Of a DNA stretch of 36,014 nt, positions 8,267-18,422 are shown one piece after another. Both the position numbers and the translations under genes were made by a program. Location of the stretch: assembly GCA_964419225.1 (NCBI GenBank), contig CAYQPF010000035.1, positions 1 through 36,014 on the forward strand, written 5' to 3'. Under the pieces are notes generated by a model that was not told the origin of the DNA, searched no databases, and saw only the letters and a program-made list of their open reading frames with translations. Within the stretch, counting starts at the first letter, position 1. Each line of letters begins with the position of its first letter. The stretch is from an uncultured Candidatus Cloacimonadota bacterium. GTDB taxonomy: Bacteria > Cloacimonadota > Cloacimonadia > Cloacimonadales > CAYQPF01.

Positions 8267-10833
8267 TCATTTCCCATATCAATTGTGATTTCGATGCTCT
8301 GGCTTCCATGTTGGCAGCAAGCCTGTTATTTCCTGAAGCTCAAATGTGTCTCGTGGGATCCACAGAGCAGACTGTTAAACTCTTTTTGGAAAGAAACAAC
8401 AATAGATTCAATTTTCTTAAGGAAAAGAACGTTAAACTTTCAGAAGTCAAAAGAGTTATCACTGTTGATAACAGAGATCTGGACCGGATGGGAAAAATAG
8501 GCGAATTTCTAACGTTACATCCTTCTATTCCTGTCCTGGCTTTCGATCATCATCCGGAAAGCAAGAATGATGTTAAATCCACTTATTCACACGTGGAACT
8601 AACCGGAGCCTGTACAACGATTATGTACCAATTACTGGAAGAAAGAGGCATATTGATAGATAATTTCACAGCATCTCTATTTGCTTTGGGGATCTATGAA
8701 GATACAGGACATTTTCTGCATGCTAATACAACTGCCAAAGATATGTTCATTGCCTCCAAACTGCTCTCACAAGGTGCATCCTTGAATTTTATCAATAAAT
8801 ATCTGCACCCGAATCTCTCCCAGAATCAACTTGTTATCCTCAACTCTATGATCAATTCGGTCGAAAACCTTACGGTAAAAGGAATTGAATTTGCCATTAC
8901 TGCCCTGGAGCTGGATCATTATCAGGAAAATATCTCCTATATGGTGCAGATCTTTCAGCGTACAGAAAAGCTGGATATGGTGATCTGTATGTTTCATTAT
9001 GGCAACAAAACGACCTTGATCGCCCGCAACAGGTATGATTTTCTGGACATTGGCTTAGTAATGAAGCAATTAGGCGGAGGTGGACATAAGTCCGCCGGTT
9101 CAGCCGTTATCAACAAAAAAGATAATAATGAACTCAAAACAGAGATTCTGGCCTTAATATCTGCTCAGATTGAGCACAATGGTACAGCAGCAGATATCAT
9201 GACCTCATCTGTAGAAACAATCCCCTCAAGTTTATTGCTCGCAGATGCTCTGGATGCTCTGACCCATAAAAAATACAGTTCCCTGCTTATCGCAGACAAT
9301 AATATTCTCAAAGGTTTAATCACAAGTAAAGATCTTACCAAACTTGCCCAGCACAGGATGCTGAATCTGCCGGTTGAAAACTTCATGACTACCAATCTGA
9401 TCATAGTCTCGCCCGATACTTCCATAATCAAAATCAAACAGCTGATTCTGGAAAACAGTATTGGCAGAATCCCAGTTGTTGAAGGTGGTCAATTGAAGGG
9501 AATAATCACCCGGAGAGATATCCTCAAAGGCAAACAAATTCAAATCAAAGAAAGTCAGTTTGTGGATAATATTACTAATCTGATGAAAAAGCAGTTTCTG
9601 CCTGAGCAAATGACCTTACTCGGCAAGATCGGTTATGTGGCAGAGTATCTGAATATGAAGGTTTATCTTGTGGGAGGAGTTGTCCGCGATTTACTCTTAG
9701 CTCAACCCAATCAGGATATTGATATTGTTGTCGAAGGAGATGCCATAGAATATGCCAGAGTGTTTAGTCAGAAATTCGGCAAAAGGTATGTGTATTTCAG
9801 CAAGTTCGGTACAGCTATCATTACCCTGGGTGGTTCACATAAAATCGATGTGGCTACTGCCAGAACAGAGTCCTACTCACAGCCAGGAATCTTACCTGAA
9901 GTGGAAGCGTCCACCTTGAAGCATGATCTTTACCGCAGAGATTTTACCATCAATGCTATGGCCGTAGAACTCGACTCTGCCAGATTCGGCAATTTCATCG
10001 ACTACTTCGGCGGGAGAAGAGCCTTGCAACTGAAAATCCTGAAAGTACTACATAATCTAAGCTTTATTGATGACCCCACCCGGATTCTCAGAGCTGTCAG
10101 ATTTGAGCAGAGATTTGGTTTCAGAATCGAATCAAGAACTTTGCATCTACTTAATAAAGCACTGTGTCAGGATTCTTTAAAAACTGTGGCACCTGAACGC
10201 ATCAGACAAGAACTTATTTTGGCTGCCAAAGAACAAAGACCGGAAAACTTCTTCAACCGTCTGCAGGAACTAAGTATCCTAAAAAGGATCTACCAGCCAC
10301 TCTGCTTTGACGCAGAAAAGAAAGTTATTTTCAATAATATCTTTGAGAATCTGATCTGGTTTAAGAGAAGCTTTCCTGATGATAAAACCGAGGCCTGGGT
10401 TATTTATCATTTAGGTTTGGTGCATGATTTAAAACACCGGTCAAAAGTTAAATTTAGTGATATGCTCAAGTACCCAAAAATCTTCATGAATGCTCTTGAT
10501 ACCTTGGACTGGTTTGCAGAAAAGGAAATTGTCAAACTTCAGTGTATAGAGAATAAAAGTCTAATCACCGAGTCTCTGCAAAAGTTGAGTAATGAATTAC
10601 TGCTCTATCTTTTATCCATACCTCAAGAAAACGGTTTGAAACTAAAAATAAAATCTTATCTGCTGGAATGGAGATATGTTAAACTGGAGATCAATGGCGA
10701 AGACATAAAGAAGCTTGGTATCAATGAGGGAAAAAGAGTCGGAGAATTACTCAAAGCTGTTCAGCGGGAAAAACTGGATCATGGCCTGAAAGGAAAGCAG
10801 GAAGAACTGGAATTTCTTAATCGCCTTAGATAG
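8257..10833 (+). CDS. Multidomain DHH/DHHA1 phosphoesterase - CBS pair - poly(A) polymerase/CCA-adding tRNA nucleotidyltransferase family protein
   Basis: N-terminal DHH is shown by 'HINCDFDALASM' and 'AFDHHPE'. DHHA1 is shown by 'GGGGHKSAGSA'. Two CBS-like segments lie at about aa 310-420. The nucleotidyltransferase head reads 'VYLVGGVVRDLLLAQPNQDIDIVVEGDA' and 'RRDFTINAMA'. The ORF is 858 aa. Confidence 0.8.
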   Translation: MDLIISHINCDFDALASMLAASLLFPEAQMCLVGSTEQTVKLFLERNNNRFNFLKEKNVKLSEVKRVITVDNRDLDRMGKIGEFLTLHPSIPVLAFDHHPESKNDVKSTYSHVELTGACTTIMYQLLEERGILIDNFTASLFALGIYEDTGHFLHANTTAKDMFIASKLLSQGASLNFINKYLHPNLSQNQLVILNSMINSVENLTVKGIEFAITALELDHYQENISYMVQIFQRTEKLDMVICMFHYGNKTTLIARNRYDFLDIGLVMKQLGGGGHKSAGSAVINKKDNNELKTEILALISAQIEHNGTAADIMTSSVETIPSSLLLADALDALTHKKYSSLLIADNNILKGLITSKDLTKLAQHRMLNLPVENFMTTNLIIVSPDTSIIKIKQLILENSIGRIPVVEGGQLKGIITRRDILKGKQIQIKESQFVDNITNLMKKQFLPEQMTLLGKIGYVAEYLNMKVYLVGGVVRDLLLAQPNQDIDIVVEGDAIEYARVFSQKFGKRYVYFSKFGTAIITLGGSHKIDVATARTESYSQPGILPEVEASTLKHDLYRRDFTINAMAVELDSARFGNFIDYFGGRRALQLKILKVLHNLSFIDDPTRILRAVRFEQRFGFRIESRTLHLLNKALCQDSLKTVAPERIRQELILAAKEQRPENFFNRLQELSILKRIYQPLCFDAEKKVIFNNIFENLIWFKRSFPDDKTEAWVIYHLGLVHDLKHRSKVKFSDMLKYPKIFMNALDTLDWFAEKEIVKLQCIENKSLITESLQKLSNELLLYLLSIPQENGLKLKIKSYLLEWRYVKLEINGEDIKKLGINEGKRVGELLKAVQREKLDHGLKGKQEELEFLNRLR

Positions 10834-10854
10834 TTAATGGTTAATAGTTAAGGG

Positions 10855-11118
10855 ACGCTTAATAGAACGCGGATGGCGCTGATCAGGCGGATGGTCGCAG
10901 ATCGGAGAGATATGTTAAAGACAGATATGTCAGGTAAAACTACCAAAAACTGAGTCTACAATTTTTAGGACTGACCGTAAGAGAAAGCATTTTTCAAATC
11001 GGCCCGGCATTTATGCGGAAATAAAAAAAGATGAAAACCTCTCTTTCTGTTTCGATCAATAATTTACAAATCCGCGATTAACTGCGTTTTCCGTGTTAAT
11101 CCGCGTTCTATTAAGCGT
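10855..11118. repeat. Perfect 20-bp inverted repeat 'acgcttaatagaacgcggat' / 'atccgcgttctattaagcgt' flanking 224 bp in a convergent intergenic region. It is a MITE-like or long-stem structured element.
   Basis: Arms at 10855-10874 and 11099-11118 are exact reverse complements. Nested imperfect 'gcggat'/'atccgc' sub-repeats lie just inside both arms. No ORF is inside. Confidence 0.6.
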
Positions 11119-11122
11119 CTCT

Positions 11123-14100
11123 TCATTCTTCTAATCTTACCTTACAGGCAAGGGCTTTTTCCGGCTGTCCTGCTTTTTCATACAGATCACATAAATGTTT
11201 ACCAACCGTAGTTGTATAGAGATGATCCGGGCCAAAGTATTTCTCACAGATAGCTAAGGCTCTGATATACAAAGGTTCGGCTTCTGTATATTTCCCTTGA
11301 GATTTATATATTCCTGCTAAATTGCTCAATGAACTCGCGGTTTTTAAATGTTCAGGGCCAAGTATTTTTTCGCTTATAGCCAAAGCTTTCAGGTTAAATA
11401 TCTCAGCTTGAGCAAATTTGCTTTGAATCTTAAACAAATCTGCCAGACTATTGAGTAAACTCACAGTATCTGGATGCTCTTCACCCAGAGTTTTTTCCTG
11501 GATCATTAAAGCTCTTTGATAAAGCGGTTCGGCTTTCTCATAAACTCCTTGTTTTCTGTACAGATCTCCCAGATAGTTAAGTGTTTTCGCAGTATCAGGA
11601 TGTTCCATTCCCAGAATCCTCTCCCTGATTTCCAATACTTTGAGGTATAGGTGTTCAGCCTGATCAAATTTACTCTGATTGTGATAAAACACAGCCAGAT
11701 TATTCAGGGATAATGCTGTACTGGGATGTTCTTCACCCAGAACCGTTTTCTGAATGTTCAAAGCTCTTAAATAGCTAATTTCAACCTCATCATATTTACC
11801 CTGTATATCATATAAATTTGCTAAATTGTTCAGTGTGGCTGCTGTTTCATGATGATCAACTCCCAATGTCTCTTCTCTTATTTTTAAACATCTTAGATAA
11901 TAAATCTCAGATAACTCAAATTTACCTTGCTCAGTATATAAGTGCGATAAATTATTAAGCATAGTCGCTGTTTCAGGATGCTCAGCACCAAAGACTCTTT
12001 CGGAAATTTTTAAGGTTTTCAGATACATTGACTCTGCCAAATCTAATTTGCCCTGATTCGTATATAAAATAGCCAAATTATTGATCACTCCTCCAGTATT
12101 TGGATGTTCTGAACCAAGCTTTTCTTCTAATATTTCTAAAGCCTGTAAGAACATAGATTCACCCAGGTCATATCTTCCTTGATTTACATACAGGAGTCCC
12201 AGATAATTAATAGTTAAGGCTGAGTTCACATGCCTTAATCCAAAAAGTTTCTTTTGAGTTTCCAAAGTACTCAGATAAAGGACTTCTGCTTGATCATATT
12301 TTGTCTGACAAACATACAAATATGCCAGATTTATAGCTGTTCGGGCTGTTTCCTGATGCTCGGATCCATAGACCTTCTTAAAAATATCCAAAGACTTTAA
12401 AAACAACAACTCTGATTGATCATATTTACCTTGACTCATATATAATGTAGCCAGATTATTCAGAGAAAGTGCTGTATCTGGATGATCTGAACCTAAAACT
12501 TTTTCTCTAATATTAAAGGCTGTCTGGAATAAGAGTTCAGCACGGTCATTTTGACCCAACACATAAAACATACACGCCAAAAGATTAATTGAACTTGCAG
12601 TATCCGGATGTTCTTCTCCGAGTATTCGTTTATGGATTTCCAAAGCTCTATTCAAATTTGTTTCAGCTTTAGTAAAATCATATTTTTCTGCAAAATAGTC
12701 TCCAGCTTTAGAGTAATATTGTGCAGCCTTAATCTCCTCACCCGCACATAAATAATGATTGGCGATGTCTTCAGCATTCGAATCAAGCTCTTTTGCAAAT
12801 AAACGTTCCATAGCTTGAGCCGCAAGCAAATGCAATTGTTGCAAACGTTGAGTAAGCATACGCTGATATGCAATATCCTTAATCAGCACATGTGAAAATA
12901 TGTAACTGATCTCATCAAAATTTGTCCAAACCCTCCTGCTTTTTCCAAAACTTAGATCTTCTTCAATTTCCATGCCCAACATATTAGCAAGCAATTCGGT
13001 ATTGAACTCCAATCCCAAAACACAGGCATTTTGCAGAGTTTGACGAACTCTTTCTGTTAGGTTATCAATGCGGTTACCAATAATGTCGGCAATACCGAAA
13101 GTGCTTATCAGAGTTGTATCCACAGTAATATTGTAAAATTGATCAAATTGGTTATTCTCCTTTAAATAAGCTGTCAATTGCTCAATAAAAAATGGATTTC
13201 CTTCTGACCGGGTTATTATTAATTCTAATGTTGTCCTGGGTATATTGCTATGATTCAATAACTGGCTTATCAAGTTTTTACTACCTACTGGTGTTAAATG
13301 GTTCAGATCCATAACTTCCTTCCTGAAACCTGGCAAACCTAAATCTACCTGACTGCCATCTTCATTATAACGGCAAGCACAAATGATGTGTACAAAAGGA
13401 ACTGAGTTTTCACCTAAAGCTCTAAAATATTCCAGTGTTTTTGTCTCTATCCACTGAGGATCATCCAAATGTATGATAATTGGTTTCTGCTCTGCTAAGG
13501 CTTGTAAAAAAGAAACAAAAGCATGCTTAATCTGCTCTGATCTTTTTTCCGGGGGCAAAAAACTGAATATCGAATGCTCCCACTCATAACCAAGCAGCGA
13601 AGCAATAAAAGATTCTATGCGCAAGAGTTCCTGATCTTCCTGAGCTAGTTCAGACCATGTCCTGTGGAATTTTTCCAGGTTACGCTTAATAGACTGTAAA
13701 TGTTCAGTACCAAAGTAGCTGTGAAGAATCTGTTTTACAGGTTCAAGAGATTTTTTACTGACCGGATCACAAAAAGTAAAGAACTTATGAAAGCAGGAAT
13801 CTGGAAGACCTTTTATGGCTTCAGATATGAGTCGGCTTTTACCAACTCCGGCTTCTCCTGAAACATAAACAACAGAGCTGTCCTTGGCCTTCAAGAAGCT
13901 TTGTAAAACCGATATTTCTACATCCCGCCCGGTAAATTCACTTTCGGACAAATTTAATTTCTCTGATCTGAAACCCTCCAACCGGTAAACATTGACTGGG
14001 GCAGAAAACCCTTTAAGCTCAATGAATCCAATATTCGAAAATATGTAACGATGATGCAAATCTCGTTGTAACCAAGTATCAGTAATGACCCTTCCATCTG

Positions 14101-15106
14101 CAGACTTGCTCAATAAGCGTGCAACCAGATTAACTGCTGCTCCCACTGCCGTGTATTCACGAGTATGCTTTACCCCGACAAAACCTGCATAAACATTACC
14201 ACTGGCAATACTCATAAGCAGTTTAGGAATTGTGTTAGCAACATCAAGAGCAAAACGGCAAATCCGGTCCAGGGTATTTCCCTCAGATTTAGGTAACCCA
14301 AAGAGGATAAAGCCCTCCAGTCCTTTGCCTGTCCCGTCCAGTCTGGTCAAAAAACCACTATAAGCATCCAGTTTATCATGCAGAACAGCCAAAGTTTGTT
14401 CCCACTCCTCAACAGCTATCTGACTTAGATCTACAAAGCAAAAGGCTGCATCACGGATTTCATTAGCCGGCTGCTCATTTAAAAGACGTTTATGACAGAA
14501 TTTCTCATAAGAAGCGTGGGAGAAAGGATAATCCAAACAAAGATCAGGATAAATCGTTTCTGTTTCAACTGCATTAATCCTGTCAATTTGCTCCAAAACT
14601 CCTTTTGACCAGGCGACAGCTTGTTTCGCAACTGAAAGTTGGGAGATCTCCTGTAACGGTTCGCCATAGAAAACATATTCATTTTGATACTCATTTTGAA
14701 AGATCTGCCAATTAATCATTCCGGAACTAATTGTTAACCTTACGGCTATCTTAAAATCACCGCAGGCAGAAGAAAATATTCTATGTTTCGCGAAATATTG
14801 TTCTATCTTCTTTACAACATTAACAATTCTTTCGGGTTTTCCCTCAGGAAACAAAGTACAAAAACCATCTCCGGCAAACACACTGACGAAACCGCCATTT
14901 TTCTCTACAAGATTTAAAGGATATGTAAATATTTCTTCCAGAAAACGGCTTAATTCTTCGGCTCCTCTTTTACCATGTTTACGAAATTCATTGCTGATAA
15001 CGGTAAAATCTGCTATATCAAAAAACAAAACAAAACTTTCGAAACTTCCCGAATATCTGTCATTTTCAAAACGGTTAAGAAAAAAAGGCGGTATATATCT
15101 AATCAT
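11123..15106 (-). CDS. Adenylate/guanylate cyclase (tandem class-III cyclase-homology domains) - AAA/STAND NTPase - TPR-repeat signalling protein
   Basis: Cyclase blocks read 'FFDIADFTVISNEF...FAGDGFCTLF', with a second block 'FCFVDLSQIA...'. Walker A reads 'VSGEAGVGKSRL'. At least 12 TPR_10/12-type repeats carry the recurring 'EHPDTA..LNNLA.LY..QGKY..AE' unit. The ATG at 15106 is preferred over the GTG at 15127 because an AGGGAG SD lies 6 nt upstream of it. Confidence 0.8.
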   Translation of the reverse strand: MIRYIPPFFLNRFENDRYSGSFESFVLFFDIADFTVISNEFRKHGKRGAEELSRFLEEIFTYPLNLVEKNGGFVSVFAGDGFCTLFPEGKPERIVNVVKKIEQYFAKHRIFSSACGDFKIAVRLTISSGMINWQIFQNEYQNEYVFYGEPLQEISQLSVAKQAVAWSKGVLEQIDRINAVETETIYPDLCLDYPFSHASYEKFCHKRLLNEQPANEIRDAAFCFVDLSQIAVEEWEQTLAVLHDKLDAYSGFLTRLDGTGKGLEGFILFGLPKSEGNTLDRICRFALDVANTIPKLLMSIASGNVYAGFVGVKHTREYTAVGAAVNLVARLLSKSADGRVITDTWLQRDLHHRYIFSNIGFIELKGFSAPVNVYRLEGFRSEKLNLSESEFTGRDVEISVLQSFLKAKDSSVVYVSGEAGVGKSRLISEAIKGLPDSCFHKFFTFCDPVSKKSLEPVKQILHSYFGTEHLQSIKRNLEKFHRTWSELAQEDQELLRIESFIASLLGYEWEHSIFSFLPPEKRSEQIKHAFVSFLQALAEQKPIIIHLDDPQWIETKTLEYFRALGENSVPFVHIICACRYNEDGSQVDLGLPGFRKEVMDLNHLTPVGSKNLISQLLNHSNIPRTTLELIITRSEGNPFFIEQLTAYLKENNQFDQFYNITVDTTLISTFGIADIIGNRIDNLTERVRQTLQNACVLGLEFNTELLANMLGMEIEEDLSFGKSRRVWTNFDEISYIFSHVLIKDIAYQRMLTQRLQQLHLLAAQAMERLFAKELDSNAEDIANHYLCAGEEIKAAQYYSKAGDYFAEKYDFTKAETNLNRALEIHKRILGEEHPDTASSINLLACMFYVLGQNDRAELLFQTAFNIREKVLGSDHPDTALSLNNLATLYMSQGKYDQSELLFLKSLDIFKKVYGSEHQETARTAINLAYLYVCQTKYDQAEVLYLSTLETQKKLFGLRHVNSALTINYLGLLYVNQGRYDLGESMFLQALEILEEKLGSEHPNTGGVINNLAILYTNQGKLDLAESMYLKTLKISERVFGAEHPETATMLNNLSHLYTEQGKFELSEIYYLRCLKIREETLGVDHHETAATLNNLANLYDIQGKYDEVEISYLRALNIQKTVLGEEHPSTALSLNNLAVFYHNQSKFDQAEHLYLKVLEIRERILGMEHPDTAKTLNYLGDLYRKQGVYEKAEPLYQRALMIQEKTLGEEHPDTVSLLNSLADLFKIQSKFAQAEIFNLKALAISEKILGPEHLKTASSLSNLAGIYKSQGKYTEAEPLYIRALAICEKYFGPDHLYTTTVGKHLCDLYEKAGQPEKALACKVRLEE

Positions 15107-15133
15107 AATTAACTCCCTACTTCTCACGGAAGA

Positions 15134-15159
15134 ATTATAAATAAACTACGTACTGTCAA
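15134..15159 (-). promoter_or_regulatory. Putative sigma70-like promoter for the cyclase-STAND gene. On the minus strand the -35 is TTGACA and the -10 is TATAAT.
   Basis: Both hexamers match consensus exactly, but the spacer is only 14 nt. The predicted TSS near 15127 leaves a 21-nt leader with an AGGGAG SD before the ATG at 15106. Confidence 0.35.
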
Positions 15160-15240
15160 GGAATATGTGATTTTTAAGTTAATTGTGAGTGGTATGACAT
15201 AGCATCGTAGGGACAGGGCATGCCCTTTCTCTACATTGGA

Positions 15241-17694
15241 TTAAAACAATTTCTGCGGATTGGAGAGAATGCTTAAATACATTTTCCGGGAAGTACTCCC
15301 TTGAGAGTTTTGGGTGGAAGCTTTCAAACTGTATCTTGCAGGAAAAATACCCTGATCAAGAAAATATGTTTTTAAGGATTCCTCGAATTCAATTTTGGAC
15401 ACAGCTGCATTAGTCTCACTGACAACATTGATCCTCAAAAAATAGGTAGGATTAGTTCGCATGATTTTGATCACATCTTTGAACTTAGTCTGATAAAAAT
15501 CAGGTGCCGGATTGGTTAACTCGGGATAAGCAGAAATCGTATAATCATAAGAAAACAATCTGGTATTGGACAGGAAATAATATCCTGCTTTAATACTTCT
15601 GAAACTGAGGTATTTTTCATTCAGTTGGAAAGTCAATAAAGTAAGTTTGAACCCATCATCATAGTACAGATACAGATCTGACTGATTATTAAGTGAAACA
15701 AGAGAATCAGTCATAGGCAGGTAAATGGTTGAAGCTGATAGAGATTCCCCGAATTGATATACACAATCCCAAGCCGGGTAGTTCATCAGAATAAGGCTGT
15801 CAGTGACAATAGAAAAATCTTTGAGGTTATCCAACAAATTGACATAAGCCCCATTCGGGAGAAAACTGGATTTATTACCGTCAAAAGCAATCTCAGTAAC
15901 TTGTTGATTTTTCAAAACAAAGGACTTTTCGCTTTTTGTCAGTTTATCAAAGTAAGGTGCCATCAGTAAATAATTTTTGGCAGATAAGGCCGCTAATTTA
16001 TATGATTTGAAAACAGGATCAGAGAAGATGGGAATAACACGTTCGGTGAAATTAAACAATTGAGCATACTTTTTTTCTTTATTAAGAGCCCAGGCATAGT
16101 GAAGAGCAATTTGCTTTAAACTGTCAATAGTACCAGGAACAGAAGTTTGTAACTCTTGGAATAAGTCCACAATTTCACCGGATTTGCTTTCTTGCCGTAG
16201 TTTGCGGGCAAGTTCATTTTTAGCGGGATAATACAATTTATGGTAAGGATAATAAGCAATAATTTTACGAAGTGACTGGACCGCAAGGGTATCACTTTTC
16301 AGTTGCTGTGAACAACGGTATTTAAGCCAATAGCAATCTGCAGAAACAGAATTATCTTCAACACTACTGATAACTCCATCCAGAACCTGAATACATTTTT
16401 GGTATTCATTATTCTGGAAAAGCAGCTTCGCATTTTGCAAAGACATCTTCAACAAGAAATCCAGAGAATTGATTTCCGAACAGGACTTATTGATCTCATC
16501 TACAGTTTTTGTCAAATTTTTGGGGGAGTAGTTAAGTAAAGAAAGATAGCACTTGGCATAATTCTTATGTACAGCAAGTTGATTAGAGCTGAGAGAATTA
16601 AAAACATATCCGGCCTGAGCAAAATCACCTTGCTTGTAACATTGCTCTGCCCACATAAAGAGGACTTTTTCCTTCAAAGGTGTGTCTTTAAATTGATCTA
16701 GAAAAAAAGCATAATCTGCCAAAACAGGTACCTGCTTCGTAGAGCTGGTTTCCAATTTTTCGTATAATTCCAAGTCGAATTTCTGTTCAAAAGTGTAAAA
16801 CATAGAGTTCAAAGCAGATGCTTGAGGAAACTTGATACCGAACTGCAAATTAGGCTCCTGTTTAAAATCATTAATGGGAAAATCTAAAAGGATAGTTTTT
16901 CTAATCTGTTGCAGAATGGTCTGTAATTGACCTTCCAGTTTAATTTCACTGGAAAGGTTTGTATAAAACCCGTTAAACTTAAGGCACATTCTTTCCATTG
17001 TCGCAGTAGGTTTGGGAGCTATATCCAGAACATAGATAGATACATCTGAGTTTTTTAAAACACCAACCAGATCTTTATTGGAGACAGACGAACCATTATC
17101 TTCGCCATCAACAATGATAAAGAGATATTTATTATGAAATCGTGGTTGTTCATTAAGGTCTGCCACTGCCAGGACAAGTGCATCATTGGTATATGTTTTA
17201 TCTGTAAAAGAAGGAATATTGGCTATTTCTTTCTTTATTAAAAAAGGTGAATTGGAAAAGAATAATCTTTTACGGGTTATCAAGCTGGCTTCACTCTCGT
17301 TGATCCGGGAAATATTACGCCCATCTCCATAATCATAAAGAGACAGGTAAAAATCACTGCTAAGGCTGTCCTGAAAGGAAGTCAGAGCTTTTTGCACATT
17401 GGCATATTTATCCTTCATTGATAGTGAGTTATCCAGTACTATACTTATATTTTTTATCTCTGCAGTATTACCAAGAAATGCAGTTTTTTTAACAACTGTT
17501 CTTTCAGAATTAACTTCCAGAGTAATTTCTGACGGTTTGACTACTTTTATAAGTGATGTTTGGCCCGGAGTTAAATAAAGTCGATACAGGGAGTCTTGCC
17601 CTGCAAAAACACGTGTAACTTTATAAGGTTCGGTCTCTGCAGCAATTAAGCAAGCCCAAATGAAGAGAACAAACAACAGTATAATTTTTTTCAT
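15241..17694 (-). CDS. Secreted von Willebrand factor A (vWA) domain protein with a C-terminal TPR-like/helical region
   Basis: Signal peptide 'MKKIILLFVLFIWACLIAA'. MIDAS-type motif in 'ISIVLDNSLSMKDK...YLFIIVDGEDNGS'. The ORF is 817 aa. Its start overlaps the upstream gene as ATGA. Confidence 0.7.
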   Translation of the reverse strand: MKKIILLFVLFIWACLIAAETEPYKVTRVFAGQDSLYRLYLTPGQTSLIKVVKPSEITLEVNSERTVVKKTAFLGNTAEIKNISIVLDNSLSMKDKYANVQKALTSFQDSLSSDFYLSLYDYGDGRNISRINESEASLITRKRLFFSNSPFLIKKEIANIPSFTDKTYTNDALVLAVADLNEQPRFHNKYLFIIVDGEDNGSSVSNKDLVGVLKNSDVSIYVLDIAPKPTATMERMCLKFNGFYTNLSSEIKLEGQLQTILQQIRKTILLDFPINDFKQEPNLQFGIKFPQASALNSMFYTFEQKFDLELYEKLETSSTKQVPVLADYAFFLDQFKDTPLKEKVLFMWAEQCYKQGDFAQAGYVFNSLSSNQLAVHKNYAKCYLSLLNYSPKNLTKTVDEINKSCSEINSLDFLLKMSLQNAKLLFQNNEYQKCIQVLDGVISSVEDNSVSADCYWLKYRCSQQLKSDTLAVQSLRKIIAYYPYHKLYYPAKNELARKLRQESKSGEIVDLFQELQTSVPGTIDSLKQIALHYAWALNKEKKYAQLFNFTERVIPIFSDPVFKSYKLAALSAKNYLLMAPYFDKLTKSEKSFVLKNQQVTEIAFDGNKSSFLPNGAYVNLLDNLKDFSIVTDSLILMNYPAWDCVYQFGESLSASTIYLPMTDSLVSLNNQSDLYLYYDDGFKLTLLTFQLNEKYLSFRSIKAGYYFLSNTRLFSYDYTISAYPELTNPAPDFYQTKFKDVIKIMRTNPTYFLRINVVSETNAAVSKIEFEESLKTYFLDQGIFPARYSLKASTQNSQGSTSRKMYLSILSNPQKLF

Positions 17695-18422
17695 TTTATC
17701 CTCAGCAAAATATAGTCGGTCGTTTTTTCAATTCTAAAATACTTGCAGGTTAGTTTATTATTGCCGGCTATTTTATCAAATTGATTCAGCCATTCACCGG
17801 TGGAAATCGCTTTATCTTTGTTTGTATCAGAAGTTTTTAGAGCTTTAGTAGTTCTATAAACAGTTTGTCTTAAATAATAAAGTTGATCATCAAGAGATGT
17901 GCTTTGCACATCAGAACTTTGGGAATTGATAACAACGAGATACTTACCTGAGGTAAAGTCTGTACAAGAATATTCCTGCAAAAATTCTTCAGGAAGAGGA
18001 GATTTTCCGGGTGCTACGATAAATATGATATTATTGAACGCCGGACTGATCTTAATAAAATTCAAAAGATAATCCAAAGTCAGAGTGGTTTTGTATTCTG
18101 TTGCCAAAATACTGGATTCTCCACCAGATTTTTTTTCCCAGGCTCCTGCTAAAACACCACAGAAGAAGGAACTATCTGTTAAAGACTTGGAAAAATCCAG
18201 ATATTGAGAGAAAACATTTTCCTTGAGATTAATCTGGACTGAACGTTGGGGTGTTTGCTGAAAAGCTCCGCTAAGTATTTGAAGCAGTTCATCCTTGTTC
18301 GAGTCGAACCCTTTTGCTTTGAATTGATCATTACCTTCAGAGCTATGTATTAGCAAACTATAGTTTAACCCATTAAGGCTAAAACTGAGCATAAGGCAAA
18401 TTAAAATAATTATGGATTTCAT
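17691..18422 (-). CDS. Secreted hypothetical protein
   Basis: ORF of 243 aa with an N-terminal signal peptide 'MKSIIILICLMLSFSL'. It is translationally coupled by ATGA overlaps on both sides within the MoxR-vWA operon. Confidence 0.45.
   Translation of the reverse strand: MKSIIILICLMLSFSLNGLNYSLLIHSSEGNDQFKAKGFDSNKDELLQILSGAFQQTPQRSVQINLKENVFSQYLDFSKSLTDSSFFCGVLAGAWEKKSGGESSILATEYKTTLTLDYLLNFIKISPAFNNIIFIVAPGKSPLPEEFLQEYSCTDFTSGKYLVVINSQSSDVQSTSLDDQLYYLRQTVYRTTKALKTSDTNKDKAISTGEWLNQFDKIAGNNKLTCKYFRIEKTTDYILLRIK

Noticed and set aside
15215-15232. The 10-bp palindrome 'gggcatgccc' followed by 'tttctct', considered as an intrinsic terminator.
   Set aside because: The stem is only 3-4 bp with a 4-nt loop. 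No + strand gene lies upstream. There is no U-run in the minus-strand orientation, where the vWA gene ends.
1179-15969. Short ORFs lying inside or antisense to large domain-bearing genes. They are 1179..1427, 1703..1951, 3309..3584, 4676..4864, 4937..5356, 5003..5365, 5598..5963, 8285..8500, 8767..8997, 9165..9609, 12652..12873, 14479..14694 and 15754..15969.
   Set aside because: Each is fully contained in a longer ORF with clear domain signatures on the other strand or frame. They have low-complexity composition and are shadow ORFs.
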